Positions 1 through 12,578 of a DNA stretch of 64,000 bases are shown one piece after another. Below the pieces are notes generated by a model. The model ran no database searches and was not told the DNA's origin. It saw nothing but the letters and a program-made list of their open reading frames with translations. This stretch comes from Pseudogymnoascus verrucosus. Its lineage: Eukaryota. The first letter of the stretch is position 1; the number at the start of each line of letters is the position of its first letter. The DNA lies in assembly GCA_001662655.1 (NCBI GenBank), contig KV460224.1; one strand, given 5' to 3'. The translations under genes and the position numbers were made by a program.

Positions 1-2
1 AG

Positions 3-3000
3 ACGGGGACTGATCGATCGCTCATTTCCCTGTTTGATTCCGATAACCAATATATTGTCGCCGAAGCAACACAATCTTCGCGGTTGTTGCCATCAGTGAG
101 GAGCGGGGACTGCCGCCAGCCCCTATGGCTGTGCGGCACCTCTATTCCTCGCAGCCATGGCGTCTGCGAGCTTAGCCTCCTCGGCGAGAACACCACCCGG
201 ACAGATGAGGCAAGGAGCGAGACGTCGACGGAACTACCACTCACCCTGGCGGACGACTTGGTCATAGATCCTCGATTTTGCTCCAAACCCTACTGTCAAC
301 CCGGAACCCTGTGCCGGTTTTATGCCGCCGTACCCATCCGAACGCGACGGGGCATCAATATCGGCGTGTACTGTGTCATTAATGAAACTCCAGGCAAAGT
401 CTGGACCGAGGAGTATACTCAAACATTACGCGACATATCCCATACTATAATGGATCATCTCGAGTCAAAACGATTGGGAGATTTACATAGAAGGAATGAA
501 CGCATGAATCGAGGCTTAGGGTCCTTCATCGAAGGCAAATCGACGCTATCCGGCTGGCAACCTGGCCCTCATGCGGCAGCTTTTGTCGATAAACCCGCAT
601 TTGAGGGTGACCTTAATCATAAACAACAGTCCCTGCAGCTCGAACAAAATGACCTGGCGAATAATGCTGCCAAGTCTGGAATATTACCCATTGCGGCATC
701 AGTCGATCCAACCGTTCCTCCTAGGCAGAACGCGGAAGCACGGTCATTTGGGGGTTCTTTCCGACATATTGAACGTCCGTTAGAAAATAGGGATGGCATG
801 TTGGACTGTGAAAGCCCAACTGGTGTCTTTTCGAAAGCTGCCAATATTATCAGGGAGTCAACAGAGGTTGAAGGATGCTTGTTTGTCGATGCCACGATGG
901 AGGCTTATCGATCTCCATCACGGACTAGTACCAACGTCAACTCGATGGGACTATTTTCTGCGGCAAGCAGTAGCGATGACAGTTCAGATCATGCACCTGG
1001 CGAGCAATCTTGGCGGCATTGCAGGGTACTTGGGTATTCGACTTCCGAGAAGTCAAGCATCGACGGAGATTCATCAAAGCAACATGCCACAGCGTTGCCG
1101 GAAAAATTTCTAGCCAAGCTGCTGCAGAGATATCCTAAAGGCAAGGTTTTCAATTTTGGCGCAGATGGAGTGCTTCAATCCTCTGACTCATCCGAAGAAG
1201 ATGGGAACTTCTCGACGTCAGAGCTTACTGAAATACTTCCTTTACTATCTGACAGCCGGGACAATATGCCTAACGTATCCATGCGTGATAAATCTCTAAA
1301 GAAGCCATGGGCTCGACACCGAGAGGGGAGCGTTCTCATGAAAGCTTTCCCCGGTGTTCGAAGCGTCGCATTTACCCCGGTTTGGGACCCGAGGAAAGAT
1401 CGATGGTATGCCGGTTGTTTCATCTATACCAACATTCTAACCCGAAGCTTTACCGTCGAGGGTGAACTAAGCTATTTGAGAGCATTCGGAATGCTCACTA
1501 TGGCTGAGATCTTGCGTGTCAACGACTGGCAAGTTGATAAAGCAAAGTCTGATATTCTCGGGTCGCTCTCACACGAACTACGCTCCCCCCTTCACGGGAT
1601 TATATTGAGCGCCGAATTACTAGGCGACACAAGACTCAGCGTCTTCCAAGGTAACGCCGCTCACACCATAGAAGTATGCTCTCGCACACTTCTCGACACT
1701 ATAGATCATCTCCTCGACTATTCCAAGATTAACAGCTTCGCGAGGAGGGGTTCCAAATCGAAAGTTAGTCGCGGACCTCAACCTGTTGCAGTTGTGGACG
1801 ACTCGGGACAATTTTGCGAGAAGAGCCTAACGTGCAACACTCAGCTTGACCGTCTTATTGAGGAAGTGACTGAAAGCGTTTTTGCTGGCTATACGTTTCA
1901 GTACTTGTCCATTACGCAGCCTTCTGTAAGGCAAGCCAAATCGATAGATCGCGACGGCATGGCCAGTCACCAGTCAAATCCCATGCAAACTATAGTCCAA
2001 TTTGACCCGGTACCAGCTGCTGGTGTAGGGTTGAGCCAAGAATTCGGAGAAGTGTCAGTTATATTATCTATCGATGCTCGCCAAAATTGGTCTTACTTTG
2101 TTCAAGTTGGAGCTATTCGCCGTATTGTCATGAATATATTCGGCAACGCATTAAAATACACGCTTCGAGGCACAATCAAAGTCTCCTTAACGCAAGAGAG
2201 ACGCTCTATCCAACGCAGGGGGAAAGAGCAGGTTGTCAAATTTACCGTTCAAGATACAGGGAAGGGTATTAGCCCCGACTTTCTCCAACACGAGCTCTTT
2301 CGTCCGTTTAGCCAGGAAGACACTTTAACACCAGGTACTGGCCTCGGCCTAAGTCTTGTGAAGCAGATTGTGTCGCAGTTGCGAGGAGAAGTCTCGATAC
2401 AGAGTCAAGTTGGTATTGGGACTACGGCATCCGTCATTCTCCCATTAGAGCAGGTTTCGCAATCTCCAGAAAAGGCCCTTCTGGGCTCAGAAGACGATCA
2501 AATGTTTGAGGAGCAGGTCCGAGACCTTAAAGGGCTGCGTATCGGGCTTTCGTTGTCGAACCATAATGGGGACGGTAGCATCTCCGACTGGCAGAAATCA
2601 GTACCAGACATTTGCCGCGAATGGCTTATGATGGAGATTGTCTCCAACATGCCTGGTACAACTACAGCAGATATTTTGCTGTGGTCGCAAGATGAGCTGC
2701 CAAGCTTGTCTACGGACATACAGGCGCTTGCCAAGACCCCTAATGTGGTTATCTGCCCCAATGCTTTGGTGGCTTATCGCCAGTCGCAGATTTTTGAAGC
2801 AGCTGATTATGCTGCGGTTTTTGAGTTCATTTCTCAACCGTAGGTTCATCTATGCATTATTGCTCCACTGTAGTACTAATATACTCATGCTATCACAGAA
2901 TCGGTCCTCGCAAACTTGCTCGGGCGCTATTTCTTGCGTATACACGATGGATGAATTTCTCCGACTCCCCGACGAGAAGTTATGCAACCCCATCATCAGT

Positions 3001-3601
3001 CAAACGACCGGACAGTCTTCACAGGACGCAAAGTTCCTTTACTATAACGAATACGAGCAGGCCAGCTGGAGGTAGAGTGTCATCGTACTCACACAGCGCC
3101 AGTTCGAGCCCCACAGACTACGATGACACGTCGGTATTCTCCGATGTGAAGGACGAAACGTCGGTGAACTCGACGACACCTGACGAACCTTCGACTTCTG
3201 AACCTCCCGATCCATTCACCAAGTTCTTGCTTGTCGACGACAATCATATCAATTTGAAGGTGCTGTCCACTTATTTGAAGAAACTCGGTGTAGAATATGA
3301 CCTTGCAATGAACGGAAAAGAAGCGGTTGATCTGTTTTGTCTATCCTACCGTACGTACACCTGCGTTTTGATGGACATTTCCATGCCGGTCATGGATGGA
3401 TTCGAGGCTACGAGGTATATACGGGCCCACGAGGTTCGGGAGGATCAGCATCGTGTCCCTATCATTGCGCTCTCCGGTCTGGCCTCGGAAGACGCCCATC
3501 GGGAAGCGATTGGCAGTGGAATGGATCTTCTCCTTACGAAGCCAGTCAAATTGAAAGCTTTAGGCAGTTTATTGAGCTCGATGGGGATTATAAACGTTTA
3601 G
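3..3601 (+). CDS. Hybrid sensor histidine kinase (GAF - HisKA - HATPase_c - receiver), 5' end outside the window
   Basis: Frame is open from nt 3 (TGTDRSLISLFD..YIVAEAT, GAF-like). H-box SHELRSPLHG, N-box NIFGNALKY, G1 DTGKGI, G2 GTGLGL. Intron 2840-2898 (GTAGGT..CAG) joins to the receiver exon LLVDDNHINLKVL..LMDISMPVMDG..TKP. Confidence 0.93.
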
Positions 3602-4590
3602 CCAGCGACCTTTGAATGAAACCCGCTCTGTTGGTCTTGCACCGCACGCGGAGGACTACTTTGAACAAGGGTCTGAACGTTGCAATACGCACGTGCCGTC
3701 ACGACCATGCCAGATTGTGGCTACTTCAATTGAATGTTCGTGTCAATGTATGATCCTGCATCCAGATGTAGAGGCTGAGATCCACCCTACTTTGCACCCG
3801 AAATTTTTATCGAAGACTAGCGCCAACATAGGCTGCAAATCCGTTTGCTGGCTTCATGGCCCGAGCAGTTGTTTGTCCAAGGCTAGATTTATACAGTTTT
3901 GATATGCTCTACGATACTGCAATTTCTAATGTCGGCTGACAATAGAAGCGCAATGCGTCTCTATAGCCGACACTAAGTTTGAATCGGAGGTGGATTCACG
4001 AACGAGGGCTAAGGCGCGGACCTAATGGTCGCTGCTGTGCTGGTAAAAAGCAAGGCATCGCGACATCCGAAAGAAGAAGTACTTCGTGCCGGACGCAACA
4101 CTCCAGCATACGCATCTCGGAAGAGGCGAGTTGGGTATGTAGGACATCATGCTGGGGGTGCAGGAGGAGGTATTTCTGTAGGTTTAAGGCCCGCCCGGGG
4201 GATATATGAAGGGAATTGTCGTGGATGGGCATGTTTGCATTCCTAACGACGTGTTTGTGAACGATGTGATAGGCGGTGAGGCGAGATTCGATGGTGTGGT
4301 GAAGGTTTAGTGGCTTGTTCGCTGAGTTAGCGACCTTTGTGGTTGATTTATCTGTCGTCTGCCTGTTCATTCCACAATGCCCTAGCAGATAACGAAGAAA
4401 CACGTAAAGCGTAAATGCGGACTGAGAAGATTATGAAACAAATCCCAAGAATCGATCCTTATGTCATTGTTTGGAGTTTGGACAATTGAGAAAAATGTAG
4501 GAGCATCTGACGACTTTATATTTTAGAATGGGACTCGCAAGCGTCATCATTACTACGGAACAGAAGCTAGGAAATCAATGCACGGTAGAT

Positions 4591-5360
4591 TTAGTTTTTG
4601 TCAACTCCTTGACAAAAAAGCCATCTAAAAAGAGAGTCAGTGACAAAATGTACCAAAGCCATGGAAATACATACTTATAGCAGTTGCTCGTGAAGAAATC
4701 CGGGCTAACTCGTCCAAGATGCGTCAAATCGACATGTCCAACGCCATGAGCACCATCTATGAGACTTAAAATTTGCTGAGTTTTGCAAGTTTCCACCATT
4801 GCTTCCCACGGAAATCGTGCTCCAGGGAAAGTGAGTACCGTATCAAACATGGCGAGCTTGACTGTCTTTCCGTCGTTTTTCAAATCCTCTACCGTATTAA
4901 TAAACTTAGAAATGATATCTTCATCCTCTTCCGGATAATCGATATGAACACATACCCTCTCGATATGCTCAGTTTCGCACAAGGAGTCGATCGTCTTCTC
5001 ACACGCTCCATATATTGTGCTGAAGTGAATGATCACATCTCCCTTCTGATATACGAGGTTGCGTAGGACTGTATTTACGCCTGTTGTTGCATTTGGAACA
5101 AAGACGACTTCATCCATAGACACACTGAGGAGAGGTGCAACCGCACAGCGAGACTTCTCCAACAGATCAGGATAGGTATATCGAAGGAACGTATCAGGCC
5201 GAGCCTCGGCGAGATCCTGCAAGTCGCGTTGATAATCTCTGACGCTTTTTGGGAAAGTTCCGAATGAGCCATGATTTAGCGGAGTGTAGTTTTTAGCAAA
5301 GTTGAAATAGGCGTCTTTCATCTCGCGCCCAAAGGGAACGGAGTTCTCTAGTTTCTGCAT
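4591..5360 (-). pseudogene. 3'-truncated PLP-dependent aminotransferase class V (Egt2/LolT-like C-S lyase family)
   Basis: Motifs LNHGSFG, FVPNATTGVNTVL, IDGAHGVG, SNCYK. After intron 4625-4674 the frame reads KWLF and then unrelated CQGVDKN-stop. I found no C-terminal half downstream. Confidence 0.7.
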
Positions 5361-5949
5361 GGCCGTTAGATTTGTAGGGTTGTTCGGTTCAGGTGCTTGG
5401 CGTTGATGTAGAAGAGTCTCAACTCTCGTCTCCGGAAGCCGGTAAGTCGGAAGAGGGTCACGTTGGGATTTTGTTTTACCATGTAAGGTTGACCTCTCTT
5501 TTGGACGTAGAACCCTGTTCTAATATACCTATAGAGTATTAATGAATGTTAAAGCTACAATTATATACGAAGCTAAGAACTAATAACTTCATATTAAACT
5601 TATTATTTATTCACTAAATCTAATTAAATACAATTGATTCATGCCCTAACTTGTGCCCACTTCTTAGCCAGCACCTTGTTGACAGTCTTTCAATGGTCTG
5701 CAGTCGCATGCAGCTGGTGAGAATTCAGCCAGTTGAGTATCACTTTGACCCTGGTCAGAAACAGCCAAGGAACCTCTGTATAACCACATATCAACCGGCC
5801 TCAAATACTCCGCAGCCTTGTGTCTCTGCAGGATTCCAACTTACTGTTAGGATGGATTTTAAGACTAGATTACGATTTTTCACAATCTCATGCTCTTCAT
5901 TGCATCTACTCGGTCAATCTGTTCTTGGTTTGAGGCCCCAAAGAAAGAC

Positions 5950-6720
5950 ATGGATCCACTTGCGAGCGTGGTTGGAGTGGTCAAACTTGCGGCTCAAATC
6001 GCAGGAGCGTTAAACGATTTGCGAACACTGTGCAAACAATTGCCTGGAAGAGTTCACGCATTGAGCAACGAGGTCTCTGATATTGAAGTTGTCCTCATTC
6101 AGGTCGCTAGAGTCCTCCAAGAAAGATCCTGCTCGCCCATTTCGATGGCGGAGACAGACAGCAAGTTCATACTACAACTGCTCGTGAAAGCAGAGACAAA
6201 GTTAAAAGAGCTGAAATCAATTGTAGACGGTCTAGCAGCCTCATCAAATCAAAGCAATGTTATTATCTTCCGAGCAGGCCTCTGGCGAAAAGAACAACCA
6301 AGACTGCTTGCCCTGCAAGAAGATATTAAGGCCATTAAATCGAGCCTCAATGTCGTACTTGGCGCATCAAATTCGTATGATGCCCTTCCCCTTTTTGAAA
6401 ACTATTTACATCAGTTTTGGTTTTCAAGCTAACTACACAAAGTCGAGATATGATGCGTGTTCGATTAGATATTGAAAGCCTATCTATGGTCACCATAAAG
6501 TCTGCACAGAACCAAACAGCTTCGTTGCATGAATTTCTGCAAGGCATGACCCTGCAGCATAGGGAAACAACAGAGTTTGTTCGTGAGAAGCATCAACTAG
6601 TCGACGAGCGGATTAGCAGAGTTGAAGAAATGCTTAGAGCCTAATTAGAGCAGATCTAGACTGCTCAACCCTAACCCTAAATAGTAAGGTTATTATCCCC
6701 TCCTATCCCTAGGTTAAGGA
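5950..6720 (+). pseudogene. Fungal N-terminal HeLo-like domain gene (STAND/ankyrin type), disrupted by RIP-like stop codons
   Basis: N-terminus MDPLASVVGVVKLAAQIAGALNDL..ALSNEVSDIEVVL; intron 6375-6442; exon 2 reads to VEEMLRA and then meets in-frame TAA/TAG codons as the sequence turns AT-rich. Confidence 0.65.
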
Positions 6721-7330
6721 TAAACTACCTAATTCTTCCCTTACTATCTATATAAGTATAGTAATAATCCTTATTCTAGTTAGTAATCTTTAGGCTATAC
6801 TTAATGTTAACCTAAATATAGTACTATATACCCTTAGTTCTAGTAATCTTATATACCTTAAAACTATAAAGAGCTTATACTTCTCCCCTAGGGTAAAGCT
6901 GTTAGTGTTAACCTAGGTGCTATATACATTATAGAATGCTTTATAAAGGTCTTCTTAGTTATCTTACTAGCCTTAGATAAGGGTTACATTTCTAAGATTA
7001 ATAAGGTCCTTTATATAGGAAGAGTTAATGTTTTAAGTTAAGACTTAGATAGTATATTACCTACTCTTAGTAAGGGCTAAATTTATGTTAATAAATAGAA
7101 CTAGTCTATTTAGGCTATGTTATTTACCTTTAACAATAGGAATAGAATACCTTATGCATCTATACTGCTAATAATAAGGATTTCTTTCTATAGTGCCATT
7201 ATGTTGAAATTAGCTAGAGGACTGTTAATATCTTTAATTTTTAAGAATATAAAGTTTGTGAGTAGTAGATGACTGTTTAGCTGTTTGTGATAATGAGACG
7301 GCGTAAATCCTATTGTTAATCTACTCCTAA
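6645..7330. repeat. AT-rich, RIP-degraded sequence
   Basis: Strong TpA excess, CpA/TpG depletion, no ORFs. Confidence 0.7.
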
Positions 7331-8241
7331 CATTAAATCTCTTTTATCTATAGTCACGGTGCATCTAGAGTTAAGGTCGTTGATTTAGCGACGCTTATAG
7401 ACATGTAGAACTGTGAAAGAAGAAAGTTGTCTGACAAATGACAGGATGTTGACGTAGAAAGCCTCCGAGCTAGCTTACTACGTAACCCGATCTCTTGGTA
7501 AGCGGTGGACAATTAACCGTCATGAACACTCTTTTTTACACCCATTTTTGGTGACAAACGTCCCAACTTTTGGTCGTAGCGATGAGGTATGCCCAATTTG
7601 GATTACTGATCGTGCGCTAGGAACGGTTCTGGCAATGTGCTCGGTGACCACTAGCTGCCACCCAGTTATGCATCGGTCTCAACCCGGCATGACTCTAGCC
7701 CAGTAAGATCACTAATCACAAGATCTAACGATTGCTGTTACAGCCAATAGTTTTGCTTTCATTTTGTTGAGTTGTTGATCCGCGCCATTATCCCCCCTCT
7801 AGGGAGCTAGTTACTACCCCACAGTCTGCCAAGTGAAGGACGAACGATAACCTCAGTTTCAGGCATGTGCAATGGCGTGTGAAAACCTGATGTCGCTAGG
7901 CAAGACCCCACTAAGTAAACTTGCGGCCAACATGTTGTCGAACAATTCAGTAGCAAGCGCGAAGCATGTCAGAAATCCTCACTCAACGGCTTAGATCTCT
8001 GCGCTCGCGCCGTTGTGGGGCCCATTTCCGCCTCCACAATCCCCAGACATCAAAGCGGGGAATGTGATGAAGATGGTCAAGGGGGTGCTCTTACTTACTC
8101 GCACGAGCGGGTGGAGGGAGTGCGGGGGACACAGCTAAGTTGACGGTAGTACCCCTCCTCCGTATCAAATAATTTTAATTGATTTTCTTTTGTTGTGGTG
8201 GAATTGTTCTAGTGTTTGTTGTGTTGGCGCGATTTTGTGTG

Positions 8242-8279
8242 TCATTCGGTGTCGTATATCATTCGGTGCACAGATACGT
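8242..8279 (-). mobile_element. Isolated Fot1/pogo-type terminal inverted repeat
   Basis: Two TCATTCGGTG sub-repeats followed by CACAGATACGT and TA; same ...ACGT|TA end architecture as the element at 18182-20021. No partner end found. Confidence 0.5.
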
Positions 8280-8973
8280 TATAGAATAGGTATCTCAAAA
8301 ATATATAAATAACAATTTGGTCTGTCAACTATTCGTATATGCTAATGCAGCAACGGAGGGGCCAAGTAGTACGCAAGACGTTAATGAATTAAAAATATTT
8401 AAAAATAAGTTAACTTATTATTAACTTAGTTAATCTCTATTTTTGAGAATTTGGTGTGGTAGTAGGTATCACCTCTACGTCATTATCACCATCACGCCAT
8501 GACTTACGTTAACCTCGAAAGCAGCTACGACTCGATCTCAGATCGTCCTTCGGGCCTAACAGCCTACGCGCAGCTCCGGTCATAGTGGGTTATTGTCTCT
8601 CATATAATTCCCGGCGGACATTTGCAACTAGCTTATAAACGTAGGTGCGTCGAATATTCGCCTACACGTATGAGTAATCATGAAAACCCGACGTAAAGTT
8701 CCCAGGAAACTCTAATTACAATTAGCAGTGGTGAAGTCGGGACAATTATTACACCGCCTCCCTTACCGCAACCGGCAAACCTATTGTGATGTACGCATTG
8801 TACGTCCGTAGGATGCGGCTCAATGCACGTACCTAGAATAATGACAAAGAAAGCACTACGTGCATTAACATTAACGATCTTGTACGGCGAGCTTCGGTCA
8901 AGTACAAAAGGATCATGTCACCACGAGAAGTAAATTTCACATTGGAAATAATATTGTATCAGCAACTTCATAC

Positions 8974-10044
8974 ATGTCTTCATCCACAAAGCGATCAGTT
9001 CTTATTACAGGGTATGTTACGTCCATTAAACCATCGGTCATACTTTTTCTTCTTATTAAGATGATTCGAAACTGATAATTTTGGCACTGTAGCTGCTCGG
9101 TCGGTTCGTCCGGTCATGCTCTTGCCCTTGAATTTGCGAATCGAGGGATGCGTGTTTTTGCAACCGCTCGCTCAACCAATTCTCTTTCCCAGCTTGAAGC
9201 GAAGGGTATCGAGATACTTCCACTAGATGTCACGAGTGTAGAGAGCATTTCTGCACTAAAGGCCGAAATCACGAAGCGGACTGGAGGAAAGTTGGATATT
9301 CTCTTCAACAACGCTGGTACAAGTATGTTAACATCTTCCCTCCGCTTTTTCACCCGAGCAGAACCTAGGCGTACGGAAGTAGGGTTACTAACAAACTCGA
9401 CAGTGTATGAGGCTCCAGCTGTCGAAGCGGATATCGTCCGCGTCCGTCAAATGTTCGACACAAACGTCTTTGGGCTGTTTAACATGACGCAGGCCTTCCT
9501 TCCTCTCCTTTTAGCCTCCGCGTCAGAGTCTCGCCTCCCTCCTACCATCATCAACACATCTTCGATCGTTTCCCGTGTCCCCTTTCTCTTCTCTGCCAAC
9601 TACAACGCCTCAAAAGCGGCCGTCACCTCCTACTCTGACACTCTCCGGCTCGAACTAGCTCCTCTTGGAATCAAAGTAGTTACGTTATTCATGGGCGAAG
9701 TCTCAACTAGACTAATGTCACCTGACAACATCTCCTTTGGCGCCAATAGTCTCTACATCGATGCTGAGGCGGGCGTTCAAGAGAGGAGTCGATCGCACGC
9801 AGCCAAAAGCATAAAGCCGGATGAATTTGCGCGCCAAGTTGCCCATCAGATTTTCTCAAATCCTGCACTTGGGAAGGGTGAATATGTGTGGAAGGGTACG
9901 CTGGCTACATTGGTTTGGTTCCTCAATGCCGTGGGGTTCAGAAAGATTTTCGACACCTCGGTGGAGAGTGCGGTAGGGCTTAATAAGCGTACGGTCAAGA
10001 AGGCAATTTACGACAACGGTCAGCGTAGCATAAAGCAGGAATGA
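8974..10044 (+). CDS. Short-chain dehydrogenase/reductase (Ayr1-like classical SDR)
   Basis: ATG 8974; intron 9012-9092 gives the Rossmann motif TGCSVGSSG; NNAG; second intron ~9324-9402; catalytic YNASK. Confidence 0.9.
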
Positions 10045-10367
10045 AAGATTCTTTTAGCAGTTAAGAAGCGTGTATAGGGTTGTATTGAATGGACATAGTT
10101 GAGATTTGGCTGTATCTAGTCTACATAATAATAGCATTTTTAACATACTAACGCTACGTTCTACACTTTTTGATTCAGAGACTAACTTACTGGTTTTAGA
10201 GAATTCGTTATCTCTACATCATCACTCTGTGCCTAAATAGATAACTATGTTCAAGCAGAAAGAAGATGCGCTATCATGAAAAGGTTTGGTTGTATCACTC
10301 GAGAACTCTAGTCCTGCTGCCGAAAAACAGATACAGTAAGGACTACTTCGATATTTTGATTTATTCA

Positions 10368-11819
10368 CTAGTTCTGTTCATCTAGAGAGATCTGCTTTAA
10401 GATAACCGCCACCTTCTTGAACGTGTTTCTTACATTGGCCGGCCTCATAACGCCATGACTACTAGGAAGCACGCTCAGGCTCCCGCTTAATTCACTCCAA
10501 AGCACATCTCTCTGCCTCGCTGATAGCAACCCCACGTCGCCACTAGCAAGCATAGTACCAATACCCAAAAGCCGCTCGATCCTCTCCAGAAGATGTACCA
10601 CGACTTCAGAAAATACTACGCCTTGTATACATGGTTCTGCCACGGGTAAGCCTCCGGAAGAGAGCCTTGGGATGGGGCGGATGGGGTCCATGGCAATTCG
10701 CTCGATGCGGTTAGTCAGATGCTTAAGGATCAACTCATAAAGAGATATAAGTTGTATGAAGATACTCGTGATGGTTAGCGCTGTGGGTGCTAACAGCAGT
10801 GGCTCCGAGACATCCGAAGAGCTGGGCAACGAGGAAAGCGAGGGCGAGGGCGACAAGTAGTGGTTATCAAGATAGGACGATATTGACTGTGGTAATAGCT
10901 TCGGAAACGTTGCGTCCGTCGTTCGCAACACACGCAGATGACTAGGAGTCGAGTGACTGCTAAGAAGCTGTGTCAAGATTTGTAGAAACTCTTGTGACGC
11001 CTTCAGCATGAACTCGGCCAGCGTAGTGTCGTCAATGTGCAATACACCGTTTTGGTAGATGAAGCTGTCAAGATCCAGTATCGATTTGTTTATCTCAACG
11101 GCTGCCATACGGATGTGTAGATCGAGGTTGAGCTTGGAAAGCTTGACTAGGGTATCTGAGGCCACAGGAACATCTCCTGCGAAGCGGCCCGGCCTCGAAG
11201 GCGCCCGGATTTCGACAGCGGGGTAGGTACGACCAGACGGAGAGGTTGTAACGGCTGTATCGAGTGCGTAAGAAGGTAAGATTTTGAAGCTGGGGTTTGG
11301 GTCGGTGTCCGGCTGGAGTAACATGTGATCAAGGTCGTTCGCTGTATCCCAAGGAAGCGAGGCTTGACTAAGCAAGTTCATTCCCATGGTTGGCCATGCA
11401 GGTGCCATATCCAAGGAGTTATTCGCAGGCGTAACGAGGACTGTTTCTCCGGTGACTGCTGGAGACATAAAATTGCTCCAGTCCAGCTGGTTGCCTCCAT
11501 CTAAGATTGGAGAACCCTCGTGCGACCTACCGGGAGACCTCGCCTGGTTGTGCTCTCCAGCACCAGGCGTAGTGTAGGCAGTATTGACGGTAGAGACTGA
11601 TATGTTTGGCGAATATTTGGAACTTTTGTCCTCAGAAGCACGCGCTCGCCGCGGCCTTCCAACTTTGTTTTGAAGTCCAGCAGTACATTCAACACCTAGC
11701 AGCACGCATCGCGCGCAACGGAGGTCGTTGACATGTAGGCGTCGACATCGTGTCTTGTGTTTCCTGCAAATTTCACACGAGACTCGTCTTTGCGACTGAT
11801 GGACTTCTACAGCGCCCAT
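10368..11819 (-). CDS. Zn(II)2Cys6 transcription factor
   Basis: CEICRKHKTRC-x8-CARCVLLGVEC near the N-terminus followed by a basic GRPRR linker; first in-frame ATG at 11819. Confidence 0.88.
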   Translation of the reverse strand: MGAVEVHQSQRRVSCEICRKHKTRCRRLHVNDLRCARCVLLGVECTAGLQNKVGRPRRARASEDKSSKYSPNISVSTVNTAYTTPGAGEHNQARSPGRSHEGSPILDGGNQLDWSNFMSPAVTGETVLVTPANNSLDMAPAWPTMGMNLLSQASLPWDTANDLDHMLLQPDTDPNPSFKILPSYALDTAVTTSPSGRTYPAVEIRAPSRPGRFAGDVPVASDTLVKLSKLNLDLHIRMAAVEINKSILDLDSFIYQNGVLHIDDTTLAEFMLKASQEFLQILTQLLSSHSTPSHLRVLRTTDATFPKLLPQSISSYLDNHYLSPSPSLSSLPSSSDVSEPLLLAPTALTITSIFIQLISLYELILKHLTNRIERIAMDPIRPIPRLSSGGLPVAEPCIQGVVFSEVVVHLLERIERLLGIGTMLASGDVGLLSARQRDVLWSELSGSLSVLPSSHGVMRPANVRNTFKKVAVILKQISLDEQN

Positions 11820-11982
11820 AACGATTTTTGCGGATGCCAATAAGCGCGTCTGGACCTATACGGTGAGGATAAGCTTGATCTAGACCAATGTACAAGAGTC
11901 CAGGATAGTGTGCAGTGCTGTACTGTAGTACAGGTTGCGATGCCGAAGCAAAAGGGCCAAGGAGCTGGGTATCGCTCCTTTT

Positions 11983-12042
11983 AAAACCTTCCGTGGAGGG
12001 TTTTTATAATGCAGCTGCTTTTAAACCCTCCGTGGAGGGTTT
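11983..12042. promoter_or_regulatory. Tandem PDRE-like palindromes (TCCGTGGA core) in the divergent TF/ABC promoter
   Basis: AAAACCTTCCGTGGAGGGTTTT (11983-12004) and AAACCCTCCGTGGAGGGTTT (12023-12042); cores at 11990 and 12029. Confidence 0.6.
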
Positions 12043-12578
12043 TGGAATGCATATGCAGGGGTCGGGCGATCTTGTAATCTTGACGACGCAGAGACCCACC
12101 TCATCTCGATTAAGGTTATGGTTCGTGAAAAGTAAAACTGCCGAAGTCCGCCTACGGAGGCTGATTAGTGATCGGAGAGAAGGTTTGGTGTCAGGATAAG
12201 GGCGCCGCTAAGGAAATCATACGTCCGTAACTCACAGGCTTACTCCCCACCCACAACTTCCCTACCTCTCTAGAGCTCTAGAGAGTCCCAGTGCATTAAA
12301 TGCATTAACAAAATCCACTTTGCCTTTCCCGAGGCTTTAATCCCCCCCGGTATGGATCAATGCTTTGAATAGCAAGCCCGAGTAGTAACTTCCCTTAGGA
12401 TGGCCATAGTAAATTTCCCTTGCTGTAAGTTATGTCATCTCATCTCTTCCAACCTCTTATATACCCTCGGCTACACAGCAAGCAACCAAGTCTTCTACAA
12501 CATTGTACGACCTCGTTCTTCCAGCCTGAAGAGGTAGTCTTTCTTCCAATAATCGAGTACTAGCTTCACAACTTCAAA

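Noticed and set aside
3996..4403. 135-aa minus-strand ORF as the missing half of the PLP enzyme
   Set aside because: No resemblance to class V aminotransferase C-terminal motifs in the frames I checked.
6668..6679. CCCTAA x2 telomere-like repeat
   Set aside because: Only two units, in frame with a probable CCC-CAA (Pro-Gln) repeat converted by RIP.
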